From the NCBI GenBank assembly GCA_951406725.2, contig OX597824.1:66836001-66900000 (forward strand): a stretch of 64,000 nucleotides of DNA. The letters run 5' to 3'. Both the position numbers and the translations under genes were made by a program. Shown piece after piece: positions 61,645-64,000 of this stretch. The notes below the pieces were generated by a model. That model saw only the letters and a list, made by a program, of their open reading frames with translations. It ran no database searches and was not told where the DNA came from. Each line of letters starts with the position of its first letter. The first letter of the stretch is position 1. The stretch is from Octopus vulgaris (lineage: Eukaryota).

Positions 61645-61906
61645 TATAGGCATAAAGTCAAAAATATTTTGGTAAAAGAAAGAGGAAGATAGCAACAGTC
61701 AATTATATTGACTCCAGTATTTGACTTATACTTTATTTTATTGAGCCCAGAGCAATGGAAGATAAACTTGACCTAAGCAGGATGTGTATATTGAAAAGAA
61801 AATGAGCTGCAGCAAATATTGCAAGGTATTTTAGTCTGATACTCTCATAATTCTTCCAATAACTCTCCCTGCTTCCCTTGTAGACTAAAATAAAATATAT
61901 TGATCT

Positions 61907-62270
61907 AGGCGTAGGAGTGGCTGTGTGCTAAGTAGCTTGCTTACGAACCACATGATTCCGGGTTCAGTCCCACTGCGTGGCACCTTGGGTAAGTGTCTTC
62001 TGCTATAGCCTCGGGCCGACCAAACCCTTGTGAGTGGATTTGGTAGGCAGAAACTGTAAGAAGCCTGTCGTATATTTGTGTGTGTATATATATATGTATG
62101 TGCGTGTCTGTGTTTACATCCCCATAACTTAGCGGTTCGGCAAAAGAGACAGATAAAATAAGTACTAGGCTTACAAAGAATAAGTCCTGGGGTCAATTTG
62201 ATCAACTAAAGGCAGTGCTCCAGCATGGCCACAGTCACATGACTGAAACAAGTAAAAGAGTAAAAGAGTA
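61907..62270 (+). mobile_element. tRNA-derived SINE, family B, near full length
   Basis: A box TGGCTGTGTG, B box GGTTCAGTCCC, internal (TG)n and (AGTAAAAG)n tail. Other copies at about 7245(-), 22015, 28815(-), 49615(-) and 59430. Confidence 0.85.
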
Positions 62271-62279
62271 TTACTTATT

Positions 62280-62605
62280 GTGAAGGTATGTGGCTTAGCG
62301 GTTAGGGTATTCAGCTCATGATTGCAAGATCATGAGTTCAATTCCTGGCAATGCATTGCATCCTTGAACAAGACACTTTATTTCCCATTGCTCCAGTCCA
62401 CTCAGCTGGCAAAAGTGAGTAGTACCTGTATTTCAAAGGGCTAGCTTTGTCACACTCTGTGTCACGCTGAACCTCCCTGAGAACTATGTTAAGGGTACAT
62501 GTGTCTGTGGAGTACTCAGCCACTTGTACATTAATTTCACAAGCAGGCTGTTCCATTAATCGGATCAACTGGAACCCTTGTCATTATAACTAACGAAGTG
62601 CCAGT
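62280..62605 (+). mobile_element. tRNA-derived SINE, family C
   Basis: A box TGGCTTAGCGG, B box GAGTTCAATTCC, followed by TCCTTGAACAAGACACTT. Confidence 0.85.
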
Positions 62606-63291
62606 TCAGTATATACATTGCTTATTTGTCATAACCAGGTCAAATTCTGGGCATCATCAAGATTACTGAGTTACACCCTAGTTATATAGCTTTTTTTAAT
62701 TTCCAGGCTATTAACTTTGAGTGGTTTCTGTATAGTGTGAGAAAAGGTGTGTTGTTATTTTTGTTTAGTCCCAAATTATATTTGATTAATCAAACCTACA
62801 TAAAAAAGTAGTCCCATCTATGACAATTCCAATTATTTTTTCCAGATATAGTTTATTAGGCCTACATTATTTATTGTCTCTTTCCTAATTTATAATTTGA
62901 GGGTGACTTAGTTTCTATTTCTTGCAGGTCTGGTATTGGAGGTTCTTTCATAGTATGGATAATAGTGCAGTATGGCACTGGGATGAAGTATGGGTGTCAT
63001 AGAGTGTAGTATATGAAGCACTGTACTGTGTTGTGGCATGATGTAATGTGTAGAATAATGACGTAAAAGGTATAGTGTGTAGGCGATTCTGTAGTGGTTT
63101 AATGTAGAAACAGACTTGGCTGAAAGGTTAACAAGTTCATTTTTCAATCGTAAGGTCTTGGGTTTGTTTAATCACACTACTTGACACCTTGGACGAGTAT
63201 CTTCTACCACAGACCCTCATATCAACACAAGACTTGTGAATGAAATTTGGTAGGCAAAAACTGTGTGAATTCCTGTTAGGCTGTACCTGTA

Positions 63292-63327
<36 letters not shown>

Positions 63328-63795
63328 CATCATCATTATCATCACTTAATGTCTCCTTTGCATGCTGGTATGGGTTGGGCAATTCAACATGTACTGATGA
63401 ACCAGTGGGTTGTGCTGTGTTCCAGTTTCTGCCTTGGCATGGTTTCAACAGTCGGATGCTCTTTCTAGCACCAACCATTTCACAGAATGTATTGGGTGCT
63501 TTTTTCATGGCACCAGCACTGGTCAAGAAGATAACATGCTGTATCTAGACACATGTTAGCTTCTTAGCCATTCAATCACAAGGTCTTGGGCTCACTCCCA
63601 CTGTGGCCTCTTGGTCAAGTGCCTTTTACAGTAGCTCCAAATTGACTCCAAACTTGTCAGTGAATTTTGGTAAACAGAAACTATAGAGAAGTTCGCTGGA
63701 TGGATTGTACATGTAGTTCAAAAGTTCAATCTTATTTCAAACTTTCTCATGTTATCTTTGCCTGAGTATTATGTTATAGGTACATATGTCTATGG

Positions 63796-64000
63796 AAAGG
63801 TGGCGAGCTGGCAGAAACGTTAGCACACTAGGCGAAGTGCTTAGCGGTATTTCGTTTGCCGTTATGTTCTGAGTTCAAATTCCGCCGAGGTTGACTTTGC
63901 CTTTCATCCTTTCGGGGTCGATAAATTAAGTACCAGTTACGCACTGGAGTCGATATAATCAACTTAATCCGTTTGTCTGTCCTTGTTTGTCCTTGTGGGT
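63796..64000 (+). mobile_element. tRNA-derived SINE, family A (runs off the window end)
   Basis: Well-preserved copy with core GACTTTGCCTTTCATCCTTTCGGGGTCGATAAA. The MetaSINE/MESC assignment is from memory of the core motif. Confidence 0.85.

Overview
AT-rich, microsatellite-dense animal genomic DNA. The repeat complement (tRNA-derived SINEs, RTE LINEs with (GAT)n tails, (TA)n/(CA)n tracts) suggests an octopus or other coleoid cephalopod; this is an inference, not a database match. One host gene can be fully reconstructed: V-type H+-ATPase subunit D (ATP6V1D), + strand, 7 coding exons between 4272 and 24133. The exons sum to 744 nt (247 aa plus stop), all introns are GT-AG, and an M-box/CLEAR-like motif lies about 120 bp upstream of the ATG. 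The rest is a layered transposon record: RTE, CR1 and R4/Dong-type LINEs, an ORF1-only Tx1/L1-like element, Helitron/Helentron pieces, hAT and mariner relics, nested Merlin-like MITEs, Penelope-like remnants and several SINE families. The features least explained by standard annotation are: (1) two different hammerhead-ribozyme folds in tandem at about 32.0-32.25 kb, plus variant hammerheads at 43.2 and 50.3 kb; (2) a roughly 270-bp fold-back built around a tRNA-Thr(UGU)-like sequence inside intron 5; (3) a structured 195-bp retroposon with fixed ends and an (AAC)n tail; (4) a two-template insertion inside a SINE; (5) a PHD-like zinc finger inside the RTE reverse transcriptase. Repeat boundaries are approximate unless termini or TSDs are quoted, and all folds were done by eye.
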